Assembly (NCBI RefSeq): GCF_009914755.1
Contig: NC_060925.1
Origin: the human T2T-CHM13v2.0 reference genome, Homo sapiens
Strand: one strand, 5' to 3'
DNA length: 64,000 bases
Shown here in pieces: positions 28,317 to 40,552 of this stretch (position 1 is its first letter; each line of letters opens with the position of its first letter). The position numbers and the translations under genes are program-made. The notes beneath the pieces are model-generated. The model did not search any database. It saw only the letters and a list, made by a program, of their open reading frames with translations, and was not told where the DNA came from.

Positions 28317-29248
28317 ACCTCTACAGATGCCAGCCTTGTGGGAAAGAAGAGTGGGCACCTGAGGGAAGCCAGACCTGCTTCCCGCGCACTGTGGTGTTTT
28401 TGGCTTTGCGTGAGCACACCTCTTGGGTGCTGCTGGCAGCTAACACGCTGCTGCTGCTGCTGCTGCTTGGGACTGCTGGCCTGTTTGCCTGGCACCTAGA
28501 CACCCCTGTGGTGAGGTCAGCAGGGGGCCGCCTGTGCTTTCTTATGCTGGGCTCCCTGGCAGCAGGTAGTGGCAGCCTCTATGGCTTCTTTGGGGAACCC
28601 ACAAGGCCTGCGTGCTTGCTACGCCAGGCCCTCTTTGCCCTTGGTTTCACCATCTTCCTGTCCTGCCTGACAGTTCGCTCATTCCAACTAATCATCATCT
28701 TCAAGTTTTCCACCAAGGTACCTACATTCTACCACGCCTGGGTCCAAAACCACGGTGCTGGCCTGTTTGTGATGATCAGCTCAGCGGCCCAGCTGCTTAT
28801 CTGTCTAACTTGGCTGGTGGTGTGGACCCCACTGCCTGCTAGGGAATACCAGCGCTTCCCCCATCTGGTGATGCTTGAGTGCACAGAGACCAACTCCCTG
28901 GGCTTCATACTGGCCTTCCTCTACAATGGCCTCCTCTCCATCAGTGCCTTTGCCTGCAGCTACCTGGGTAAGGACTTGCCAGAGAACTACAACGAGGCCA
29001 AATGTGTCACCTTCAGCCTGCTCTTCAACTTCGTGTCCTGGATCGCCTTCTTCACCACGGCCAGCGTCTACGACGGCAAGTACCTGCCTGCGGCCAACAT
29101 GATGGCTGGGCTGAGCAGCCTGAGCAGCGGCTTCGGTGGGTATTTTCTGCCTAAGTGCTACGTGATCCTCTGCCGCCCAGACCTCAACAGCACAGAGCAC
29201 TTCCAGGCCTCCATTCAGGACTACACGAGGCGCTGCGGCTCCACCTGA
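28317..29248 (+). CDS. TAS1R1: TAS1R1 exon 6 (7TM domain and stop)
   Basis: ttcag|ACCTC; 932 nt to TGA; joined CDS 2526 nt = 841 aa; class C motifs [22 protein letters not shown]. Confidence 0.97.
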
Positions 29249-30130
29249 CCAGTGGGTCAGCAGGCACGGCTGGCAGCCTTCTCTGCCCTGAGGGTCGAAG
29301 GTCGAGCAGGCCGGGGGTGTCCGGGAGGTCTTTGGGCATCGCGGTCTGGGGTTGGGACGTGTAAGCGCCTGGGAGAGCCTAGACCAGGCTCCGGGCTGCC
29401 AATAAAGAAGTGAAATGCGTATCTGGTCTCCTGTCGTGGGAGAGTGTGAGGTGTAACGGATTCAAGTCTGAACCCAGAGCCTGGAAAAGGCTGACCGCCC
29501 AGATTGACGTTGCTAGGCAACTCCGGAGGCGGGCCCAGCGCCAAAAGAACAGGGCGAGGCGTCGTCCCCGCATCCCATTGGCCGTTCTCTGCGGGGCCCC
29601 GCCCTCGGGGGCCGGAGCTAGAAGCTCTACGCTTCCGAGGCGCACCTCCTGGCCTGCACGCTTTGACGTCACGTCCGGCGCGGAGACGGTGGAGTCTCCG
29701 CACTGTCGGCGGGGTACGCATAGCCGGGCACTAGGTTCGTGGGCTGTGGAGGCGACGGAGCAGGGGGCCAGTGGGGCCAGCTCAGGGAGGACCTGCCTGG
29801 GTGAGGAGGGCGCGGGGTGAGGGAGGGAGGGGCTGCGGGCCGCCGTGGCTGCCTTCCGCTCGGCCGCTCGGGACCTGTGGGCGCGGCGTGGGCTTCGCTC
29901 ACCTGTCCCCGGCTGCCGCCCTCCGCCGTCCGGGATCCTCTCACTGTGCCGGGCCAGTCCGTTCGCTCTCATCCCATGTCTCCTTTCCCCAAACTTGGAT
30001 TTTTCTCACCAGGCCCTTCTTCACGACCCTGGCCCCCCATCCAGCATCCCCCCTGGCCAATCCAATATGGCCCCCGGCCCCCGGGAGGCTGTCAGTGTGT
30101 TCCAGCCCTCCGCGTGCACCCCTCACCCTG
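29000..30130 (+). promoter_or_regulatory. ZBTB48 CpG-island promoter; probable non-coding exon 1 ending at 29800
   Basis: X-box GTTGCTAGGCAAC at 29509-29521, ATTGG at 29577, GC boxes, CRE TGACGTCA at 29664-29671, donor TGG|gtgagg at 29800/29801. Confidence 0.75.
29401..29406 (+). terminator. TAS1R1 poly(A) signal
   Basis: AATAAA 153 nt after the stop, followed by GT-rich sequence. Confidence 0.8.
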
Positions 30131-30273
30131 ACCCAAGCCCTCGTGCTGATAAATATGATTATTTGAGTAGAGGCCAACTTCCCGTTTCTCTCTCTTGACT
30201 CCAGGAGCTTTCTCTTGCATACCCTCGCTTAGGCTGGCCGGGGTGTCACTTCTGCCTCCCTGCCCTCCAGACC

Positions 30274-30963
30274 ATGGACGGCTCCTTCGTCCAGCACAGT
30301 GTGAGGGTTCTGCAGGAGCTCAACAAGCAGCGGGAGAAGGGCCAGTACTGCGACGCCACTCTGGACGTGGGGGGCCTGGTGTTTAAGGCACACTGGAGTG
30401 TCCTTGCCTGCTGCAGTCACTTTTTCCAGAGCCTCTACGGGGATGGCTCAGGGGGCAGTGTCGTCCTCCCTGCTGGCTTCGCTGAGATCTTTGGCCTCTT
30501 GTTGGACTTTTTCTACACTGGTCACCTCGCTCTCACCTCAGGGAACCGGGATCAGGTGCTCCTGGCAGCCAGGGAGTTGCGAGTGCCAGAGGCCGTAGAG
30601 CTGTGCCAGAGCTTCAAGCCCAAAACTTCAGTGGGACAGGCAGCAGGTGGCCAGAGTGGGCTGGGGCCCCCTGCCTCCCAGAATGTGAACAGCCACGTCA
30701 AGGAGCCGGCAGGCTTGGAAGAAGAGGAAGTTTCGAGGACTCTGGGTCTAGTCCCCAGGGATCAGGAGCCCAGAGGCAGTCATAGTCCTCAGAGGCCCCA
30801 GCTCCATTCCCCAGCTCAGAGTGAGGGCCCCTCCTCCCTCTGTGGGAAACTGAAGCAGGCCTTGAAGCCTTGTCCCCTTGAGGACAAGAAACCCGAGGAC
30901 TGCAAAGTGCCCCCAAGGCCCTTAGAGGCTGAAGGTGCCCAGCTGCAGGGCGGCAGTAATGAG
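30274..30963 (+). CDS. ZBTB48: ZBTB48 (TZAP/HKR3) first coding exon, BTB domain
   Basis: accATGG; [39 protein letters not shown]; donor GAG|gtact; 690 nt. Confidence 0.97.
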
Positions 30964-31721
30964 GTACTGTGCCCAGGGTGTTGGGACTGGGGAGACAAAT
31001 AGAGGGAATAGACACTTTTTTGGTATAATAGGGACCCTGGGCTGGGTGTGATGGCTCACTCACGCCTGTAATCCTAGCACTTTGGGAGGCCAAGGGGGGT
31101 GGATCACTTTAGCTTGGGAGTTCGAGACCAGCCTGGGCAACATGGCGAGGCCTCATTTGTACAAAGACTATACAAAAATTAGCCGGGTGTGGTGGCACAC
31201 ACCTGTAGTCCTAGCTACTCAGGAGGGTGAGGTGGGAGGATCACTTGAGCCCAGGAAGTGGAGGTTGCAGTGAGCTGAGATGGTGCCACTACCCTCCAGC
31301 CTAGGCGACAGAGCAAGATCCTGTCTCAAAAAAAAAAAAAAAATATGTGGACCTTAAGACAATCTCTGTTAATGTGGGTTTGGAACAGGCTTTCTCCAAA
31401 GGAAGCTGGTGACCTCAGGCTGACCTTTCTGCAAGCCCCAGCTGTTCACGGTTGCCACCTTCCTGAGAGGAGTGGGCAGCATCAGGGTTACAGGTGTTTC
31501 CCCAGGGCAGTGTTTCCAGCTGAGCTTCCAGTTCCCCACAAACACAGCCACTTTCCTCTGAATCCAAGATTCAGATGCTCTGCCTTGGGCCCCTGAAGGA
31601 ACTTGTCTGATGAAGGGACTTGTCAGGGTTGGGGCTTGGGATGGAACTGGAGCTGGGTCCCTACAACTCCTGCTGATTCATTTGGTGACGCCACCCCCTC
31701 CTGCTGCCTATTGTGCTCTAG

Positions 31722-31963
31722 TGGGAAGTGGTGGTTCAAGTGGAGGATGATGGGGATGGCGATTACATGTCTGAGCCTGAGGCTGTGCTGACCAGGAGGA
31801 AGTCAAATGTAATCCGAAAGCCCTGTGCAGCTGAGCCAGCCCTGAGCGCGGGCTCCCTAGCAGCTGAGCCTGCTGAGAACAGAAAAGGTACAGCGGTGCC
31901 GGTCGAATGCCCCACATGTCATAAAAAGTTCCTCAGCAAATATTATCTAAAAGTCCACAACAG
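31722..31963 (+). CDS. ZBTB48: ZBTB48 coding exon 2 (ZF1)
   Basis: ctag|TGG ... CAG|gtaaac; 242 nt; [19 protein letters not shown]. Confidence 0.95.
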
Positions 31964-32308
31964 GTAAACGTTCTGTTTTTCTATTTTCTTTTCCTGTCTG
32001 CCATTCCCACGTTGGGGGAGGGGTCCTGCACTTCCCACTTCTGGGTGAGGTAGGGGCTGGGGGATCCATCTCAGACCCACATAGTGTCTGGCCTTGGTAC
32101 ACCTCTGATAATCAGGAAGTGAGAGCCTGCTTTGGGTTGGATTCTTCTTCCTTGCTGTCCTGTGAGTACTCTGGTTGGAGATGGGTTTGTGTACATCTTG
32201 TCAACAGGTTCCACCCACTGTGGACCTTGACCTCCAGCTGGTCTCTGCTAACAGAATGAGAAACCTGTGGCCCCTGTGCTAGAGCTGGGGCCCAACCTTA
32301 GGTGTTTC

Positions 32309-32350
32309 TGAAGCCTGGCAGTGTGGGCTTGAAGCCTGGCAGTGTGGGCT
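32309..32350. repeat. Perfect 21-bp tandem duplication
   Basis: tgaagcctggcagtgtgggct x2. Confidence 0.95.
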
Positions 32351-32466
32351 TTGGGCCACAGTGCCAAGCCTTGGTTCAGTGCTACCTGCGTTTCCAGGGA
32401 AGTGTTCACTCTGGGGTGTCAGTGGGGCATTCAAGTCTATTTGTCTAAACCTTCAGCGTCCAATAA

Positions 32467-33199
<733 letters not shown>

Positions 33200-33286
33200 T
33201 GATCCACCTGCCTCGGCCTCCCAAAGTGCTGGGACTACAGGCATGAGCCACTGCGCCCAGCCTGTTATTTTTTTTTTTTTTTTTGA

Positions 33287-33626
<340 letters not shown>

Positions 33627-33685
33627 TAGTAGAGACAGGGTTTCAGCATGTTGGTCAGGCTGGTTTCGAACTCCTGACCTTGTGA

Positions 33686-34048
<363 letters not shown>

Positions 34049-34539
34049 TTGGAGTCCCTGCAAGGCCTGTGGGGATGGCGGCCCAGTGGCATGCCTTCCA
34101 GTCCTGCCACTCCCAGCCAAGACATCACTAGTCTATCATGGTGTGTTTTCTTGCCATGCCAGGTTGGGCGGCACACTAGTAATCACCTAGAATGGGAGCC
34201 AGGGGGAAACCCGTTCGCTGTCCCTGTGCACCGTGTTCAGGGCAGCTGCTGCCAGTGGAATGCTGGGATAACCCCAGTGTCGGGGGTCCTGGGGCAGCCT
34301 GTGTACTGCTGGATGCTTGCTTTCAAGTACTCTGCTGGGGTAAGACTCTGGGGCAGTTTCCATCCCTTCCTTGGGCTTCAGCTTGCTGGACTGGCCCTGA
34401 GAACTGGGAGGGGATGGCTTCATGAAGTCATTTTGATGGGGGATGAAGATAGTTGCTGTAGAGGAAGAGGATGAGAGAGCTGCTTGGCCTCTGGAAGGTG
34501 GGAGGAGCTGTCGCAGGCTGCACAGGGGCTCTGAGGTCG

Positions 34540-35110
34540 AGTTCGTTTAGTTCATTGATTAAGCAGTCTACCAGGTGGCCAGCAAGGCTTTGTGGGTGCT
34601 TGGGATGCATTTAAGGGAACTAAACAAAGGTGCTTGTGCAGCCGACCTGCTTGCCAGGCAATGCAGATAACAGATAAGTCCATCTGCCTGCAGTAGACGG
34701 TGAGGAAGTGCTGCCGAAGAAGAAAAAGCAGAGGCGGGCCAAGGGGTTGGGGAGTTGTGAGTGGGGTTCGATTGCGATTTTAAGTAGCCAGGGTCTCTAG
34801 AGTCTTACTGAGAAGGTGAGATTTAAGCAAAGACTCAAAGGAGGTGAGGAAGTTGACCAAGTGGGTGACTGGGGAGCATCTGGGCAGAGAGAAGAGCCAG
34901 GGCGCTGGGGTAGGAGGATCCTGGGGGCGTGACAGGCAGCAAGGAGGCACATGCCTGATCCAGGTGGCCAGACGACACCCTGGGAGAGAAGCAGGCAAGG
35001 GGAGGGCTGCCTGCGCCTTGATAGGCCTCCCGGGCCCTTTCTCTGAATGGGGAAGCACTGGGGATACGTGAGCCAAGAGGTACTGAGGTCTGACTTAAAG
35101 GTCCTTCTGG
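34540..35110 (-). mobile_element. Degraded L2-like fragment
   Basis: ttcattgattaagc..., ctgagaaggtgagatttaagcaaagactcaaaggaggtgagg are typical of antisense L2 3' sequence. Confidence 0.5.
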
Positions 35111-35582
35111 CTCCTGAACTGAAACCTGTGGGGGAGGCAGTCACGGAGCGGGGAGACCAGATGGGCAGCTCCCCTGGCTACCTGGGAGAAGCTGTTGCCA
35201 GCCTTGGTGGGCCAGTGGAGTCAGGTGAGGATCTGGCCATGGGTTTGAAGCTCTGGGAAGACTGAGTTGCTTCTCCAATAGTCAGGACCCAAGATCTGTT
35301 TCTGCCTTCAGACAGAATGCGGTCAGCTGGGCCTCCCTGTCGGCCTCTGTGCTGGCCAGATCCATGGCAGCCTCTTAGGACCTGTGTGAGCTTCTTGCCA
35401 CTGCACTCTCCCTTGCAGAGTCTCCATGCTGGGGGAGGCTTCTGGGCTTGTCCCTGCACCTTAACCAGCCGGTGTCACCTGAGAACACTTGTTCCCCTTA
35501 GAAGGGACCCAGAGGGGGCCCTGGGTGAGGGAGAGATGGGAAACCCTCTCAGCCCCCCCACCCCTGTGGCTTCTCCTGGCAG

Positions 35583-35694
35583 GAAACATACTGGGGAGAA
35601 ACCCTTTGAGTGTCCCAAATGTGGGAAGTGTTACTTTCGGAAGGAGAACCTCCTGGAGCATGAAGCCCGGAATTGCATGAACCGCTCGGAACAG
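35583..35694 (+). CDS. ZBTB48: ZBTB48 coding exon 3 (ZF2, C2HC-type)
   Basis: gcag|GAAA ... CAG|gtactt; 112 nt; [30 protein letters not shown]. Confidence 0.95.
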
Positions 35695-36358
35695 GTACTT
35701 GGGAGCTGGCCCAGGTACTTGTGGGCAGGGCACACTGGCCTCTCTGTCTTCGTGCCATCCGGGAAGGGCCCCAGGAGACTGTCTGAGAGGGGTACTGTAA
35801 ACTCAGGAAAGCTGTGGGGTCCTTGGATGTCATGAGGTCCATGCCCTGGTACAGGTGGGGACACAGGTCCTGAGGGCGGAAGGGACAGGCATAGGAGGGA
35901 CTCTGTGGGAGGCATTTGGGGTTGGCTTTCCTAGGCCCCTGGCCCACCTCCACCTTGGCTTTGGAGAAGGGGAGCCGCTACAGGGGATGGCAGCTGGGAA
36001 AGGCCCCCTGGCCACCCCCAGCAACCCCACTGCTGGCTTCTGTGTCAGGGCCCGCCGAAACCCAGGCCCACTCTTCCTAGAGGCCTGTCAGCAGCCACTA
36101 GGGCCAGGGACTGTGGGTGAGGCCACTCGGACCCTGCCCCCAGTCTGTCTGGGCCTGAGAAGGGCCTGGTGTGCGGTGGGCTTGCAGCACTCAGTGATGG
36201 TCAGGCCAGGCAGGTTATGTGTTGCCCTCTCCCACCCTAGCGTCCCCACCCTCCCCAGGCAGACTCTTCCCAGCAGCAAGCGGAAGCCCGGGCAGAGGCT
36301 GCTGTCATAGGCAGAGGCCCCCGCTGATGCCGGCCCTGCTTGCCCCTCACACTGCCAG

Positions 36359-36451
36359 GTCTTCACGTGCTCTGTGTGCCAGGAGACATTCCGCCGAAGG
36401 ATGGAGCTGCGGGTGCACATGGTGTCTCACACAGGGGAGATGCCCTACAAG
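36359..36451 (+). CDS. ZBTB48: ZBTB48 coding exon 4 (ZF3)
   Basis: ccag|GTC ... AAG|gtcagg; 93 nt. Confidence 0.95.
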
Positions 36452-36868
36452 GTCAGGCTTGGCCTGTCTCCAGGGCCAGGGTTGGGTGGCCCCAGGATCC
36501 TTCCTGCTGAGCCCTTTACGTGGGGTGCTGTCAGGCACCTCCCTCACAGTAGCTGTCAGGGAGCCTGCCTTCCCTGCCTTCCCTGCCTTTCCAGTGCCCC
36601 CTTATCTAGGCAGGGCTACTGTCTGCAGCCTCACCTCCAAGGTCCTTATTAGGCCCTTGTTTCTTTCCATGGAGGACAGGCTTGGCATCCTCTGGGCAGC
36701 TGAGCCCTGAGGGCCCTCCTTTGCACCATCCTTCACACCAGATCAGGGGTCCTCCCAGAATCATCTCACCGGGGCCTCCCTCTAGTTCCTGCCCTATAGC
36801 CCAAGGGTGGGTGGCAGGGTTTCATGGGTGCAGGCCGCCCTGGAGGTGACTGTGGGCCTCTTTTTCAG

Positions 36869-36955
36869 TGTTCCTCCTGCTCCCAGCAGTTCATGCAGAA
36901 GAAGGACTTGCAGAGCCACATGATCAAACTTCATGGAGCCCCCAAGCCCCATGCA
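36869..36955 (+). CDS. ZBTB48: ZBTB48 coding exon 5 (ZF4)
   Basis: ttcag|TGT ... GCA|gtaagt; 87 nt. Confidence 0.95.
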
Positions 36956-37141
36956 GTAAGTGACAGGGAGGGCTGGGCATGCTTTGATGCTGGCATGAGC
37001 AAGAGTGAGCTGTGCCCAGAGTGGGCAGCCGGCCATGTACTTTCTGTTGTTCGGGGGGGTGCTTGTGGGTCTCCCAGGCAGCCCTTCCCTGCTCTCACCC
37101 TGGCCCTGGTCCCTCCCTCTGCCTGCCTGGTCTGCCTGCAG

Positions 37142-37296
37142 TGCCCCACCTGTGCCAAGTGCTTCCTGTCTCGGACAGAGCTGCAGCTGCATGAAGCTTT
37201 CAAGCACCGTGGTGAGAAGCTGTTTGTGTGTGAGGAGTGTGGGCACCGGGCCTCGAGCCGGAATGGCCTGCAGATGCACATCAAGGCCAAGCACAG
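37142..37296 (+). CDS. ZBTB48: ZBTB48 coding exon 6 (ZF5-6)
   Basis: gcag|TGC ... CAG|gtgcgt; 155 nt. Confidence 0.95.
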
Positions 37297-37723
37297 GTGC
37301 GTGTCGCCCGTTCTCTCTTGGGGCCCAGTCCTGCTGCCAGCCCAGGCTTGCACCGGCAGGGAAGACAGAGTTTGCTGACTTTTACACAGATGAGTGTGCC
37401 CTTGGCCTCCACCCTGAATCTAGTGCCTACAGCCTCTCTGGGATAGTGGGACCTGAGGGGCAAGCAGCTATGCCAGGCAGAGAGGCTGGGGGCAGATGTT
37501 TCAGGCTCAGACAAGCCTCTGTGCCCCCGGGGCAGATTCTGAGCTTCCTTAGTTTCCTGTGACTCCTGCTCATAGATTGTCCTTCTGCTCTCGGGGTGGA
37601 GGTGGTGCCCCTTTCCTAGCACTGCCCAAGCCCTCTTTCCACCAGGCATGCTCCTAGCTGTAGCAGAGCAAGGGGGTCACTTCCCTTGGTGATGGCCTCT
37701 GCCCCATGTCCCCACCTTAACAG

Positions 37724-37860
37724 GAATGAGAGGCCACACGTATGTGAGTTCTGCAGCCACGCCTTCACCCAAAAGGCCAATCTCAACATGCACCTGCGCA
37801 CACACACGGGTGAGAAGCCCTTCCAGTGCCACCTCTGTGGCAAGACCTTCCGAACCCAAG
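37724..37860 (+). CDS. ZBTB48: ZBTB48 coding exon 7 (ZF7, start of ZF8)
   Basis: acag|GAAT ... AAG|gtgagg; 137 nt. Confidence 0.95.
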
Positions 37861-37941
37861 GTGAGGTACGCCCTGCCCCTCCCCTCGCCTCCCCATCCTG
37901 AGGCCAAGGCCACAGGCTGAGCTCTTGCCTTGTGCCTGCAG

Positions 37942-38106
37942 CCAGCCTGGACAAGCACAACCGCACCCACACCGGGGAAAGGCCCTTCAGTTGCGAGTTC
38001 TGTGAACAGCGCTTCACTGAGAAGGGGCCCCTCCTGAGGCACGTGGCCAGCCGCCATCAGGAGGGCCGGCCCCACTTCTGCCAGATATGCGGCAAGACCT
38101 TCAAAG
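37942..38106 (+). CDS. ZBTB48: ZBTB48 coding exon 8 (end of ZF8, ZF9, start of ZF10)
   Basis: gcag|CCAG ... AAG|gtacct; 165 nt. Confidence 0.93.
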
Positions 38107-38419
38107 GTACCTGGGCGGCCCTGGGAGAGCCATTTCCTGCTCATCCGAGTTGGAGGGTCTCTGAGGAGGAAACGCTCCTTTCTTGCCTGTGAACCTCTTT
38201 TGTGCCCCACATGGTTAGAGTTGAGAGTGGACCTGCTTTGAAGGCAGGGGTGTCCTGTGCAGTAGTGACCCTGGGTGGCACTGGAGAGCCTGGCAGGGCC
38301 TGTGCAGCACTTGTAAACCACTGGTCCCCTCCCTTGCTGCCTGTCCCAACCTCCTGCTGGGTTTCCTCGAGGGTCCCGGGGCTCCTGCATGATCCCCCAC
38401 GGTGTTCTCCCTCTTGCAG

Positions 38420-38508
38420 CCGTGGAGCAACTGCGTGTGCACGTCAGACGGCACAAGGGGGTGAGGAAGTTTGAGTGCACCGAGTGTGGCTACAAGTTTA
38501 CCCGACAG
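38420..38508 (+). CDS. ZBTB48: ZBTB48 coding exon 9 (end of ZF10, start of ZF11)
   Basis: gcag|CCGT ... CAG|gtaggc; 89 nt. Confidence 0.95.
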
Positions 38509-38579
38509 GTAGGCCAGGGCCTGGGCCCCTTCCCCTACCCTAGGATCCCCCAAAGTTCTGAGCTCACCCTCCCCGCCAG

Positions 38580-38876
38580 GCCCACCTGCGGAGGCACATG
38601 GAGATCCACGACCGGGTAGAGAACTACAACCCGCGGCAGCGCAAGCTCCGCAACCTGATCATCGAGGACGAGAAGATGGTGGTGGTGGCGCTGCAGCCGC
38701 CTGCAGAGCTGGAGGTGGGCTCGGCGGAGGTCATTGTGGAGTCCCTGGCCCAGGGCGGCCTGGCCTCCCAGCTCCCCGGCCAGAGACTGTGTGCAGAGGA
38801 GAGCTTCACCGGCCCAGGTGTCCTGGAGCCCTCCCTCATCATCACAGCTGCTGTCCCCGAGGACTGTGACACATAG
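38580..38876 (+). CDS. ZBTB48: ZBTB48 last coding exon (end of ZF11, C-terminus)
   Basis: ccag|GCC; 297 nt to TAG; joined CDS 2067 nt = 688 aa. Confidence 0.95.
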
Positions 38877-38914
38877 CCCATTCTGGCCACCAGAGCCCAC
38901 TTGGCCCCACCCCT

Positions 38915-38920
38915 CAATAA
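38915..38920 (+). terminator. ZBTB48 poly(A) signal
   Basis: AATAAA 39 nt after the stop. Confidence 0.8.
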
Positions 38921-40402
38921 ACCGTGTGGCTTTGGACTCTCGTATTTCAGCCTGACAGTCTGTTCCCGTGTCCTGGAGTTGGGGAAGTGCTGCCTTCCCA
39001 CCCACGCCTTCAGGAGAGAGTAGTGCCCTGCCCGGTCCTATGTGGGCCTCAGCTCAGCTGGCAGCTTCCCCTCCTGTCAGGAAACCTCAGCTGAGCGAGG
39101 CTTGGATGGGGTTCCTTTGGGGGCCAAACCTCTGGCCTTGGCTGCTCTCCACATCTGTATTCTGTTCCTCATTACTGCAGGATTTTAGAGTGGGGAACGC
39201 TGGCCAGTTAGAGCACCAGTATTCCTATTTTAGAGCTGAGGTGATACCGGCTTCTGGAGATAGAATTCATTACTAAGCTTCTGGAGTTCAGTAGAGTGAT
39301 CAGGGCCCACGGGGCTGGCCTTGTTGGGCAGAATCAAGGATTGGGCCCAGTTAGTGTAGCTGAGCACGCCTGGGGGTCTGAGGAGGGTGGGGCCCTTCCT
39401 TCAAGCAGCCTGGTCTGTGTCCAGGAGGCTTTGGTCCCCACGTTCTATAGCTGTGGGGTACTGTGTGGCAAGGAGCAAATGCACGTGGGCCTTAGAGCAG
39501 ATTGCTGTTGTTTAAATTTCTTCCCAACTAAGTTGGCCCTGGGTAAGTTACTGACAGCTTCATTTCTCTACTGAAAATACAAAATTGCTGGGTGTGGTGG
39601 TGCATCAGGAGGCTGAGGCACGAGAATCCCTTGAACCCAGGAGGCGAAGGATGTAGGGAGCCGAGATTGCACCACTGCATTCCAACCTAGGCAACAGAAT
39701 GAGACCTTGTCTTTAAAAAACAACAACAAAAAAAAGAGGCCCACTGTGGTCTCAACACTGCTCTCCTTCCCAGCCGAGACACTGGCCTCTCCCTCAGGTT
39801 CAGATGGACTCTGCAGATAGGAAAAACATCTTGAGCCAGACGGCTTGTGTGGATTCACAGCCTGGTTTGGGACTGTATTTGAAGGGCTCCACCTCCCCAG
39901 GTCCAAGGGCCATCTCATCGCAGATGGGAGTCTCATCACCACCTGTATGTACCGCAATCTCAAGAAGGGCTGTGGGAGCCGGGCCCGGGCAGAGGACCAA
40001 CAGGCAAAGACCAGCTTTGGAGCAGGCAGGTTTCCTGGGCATCATCTGTTCCACAGCATTTACTTCTCAGGCCTCTCTCTTTAAATGGAGACAAGGTCTT
40101 CCCGTATTGCTCAGGGTGGTCTTGAACCCCTGGGCTCAAGTGATCCTCCCTCTTCAGCCTCCCAAAGCACTGGGATTGCAGGTGTGAGCCACCACACCCA
40201 GCCTCTGGGGCATGTCTTTTCCAACGCTTCATCACTTGCTACAATCTGAGATGAGAAAGGGCCTGGAAGGCTGTTTAAGACCCTCAGTGTGAACCCTGGG
40301 CTCCATGCTGCCTGTTCCCCTGACATCTGTCCTCAGCCCAAGAGTCCCAGAAGACAGTAGCAGGAGGACAAAGGCAATGACTCCAAATGGATAGGAAATA
40401 CT

Positions 40403-40552
40403 TTTATTGCAAAAAGTACTGAAGGTACCCTAAAACCTTAAGCAGGATTCTGGACATGGAAGCCTACAGAATAGACAAAAATAAATATGTCAACCTGCCC
40501 GACCCTCTGGGGTGAACTGGATGTGGACACTGGAGGGAGGGCGTCCTTTATT
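40403..40552 (-). terminator. KLHL21 poly(A) signals (two AATAAA, at 40552-40547 and 40408-40403)
   Basis: tttatt twice on the plus strand, within an AT-rich block ending a ~2.6-kb 3'UTR. Confidence 0.75.
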
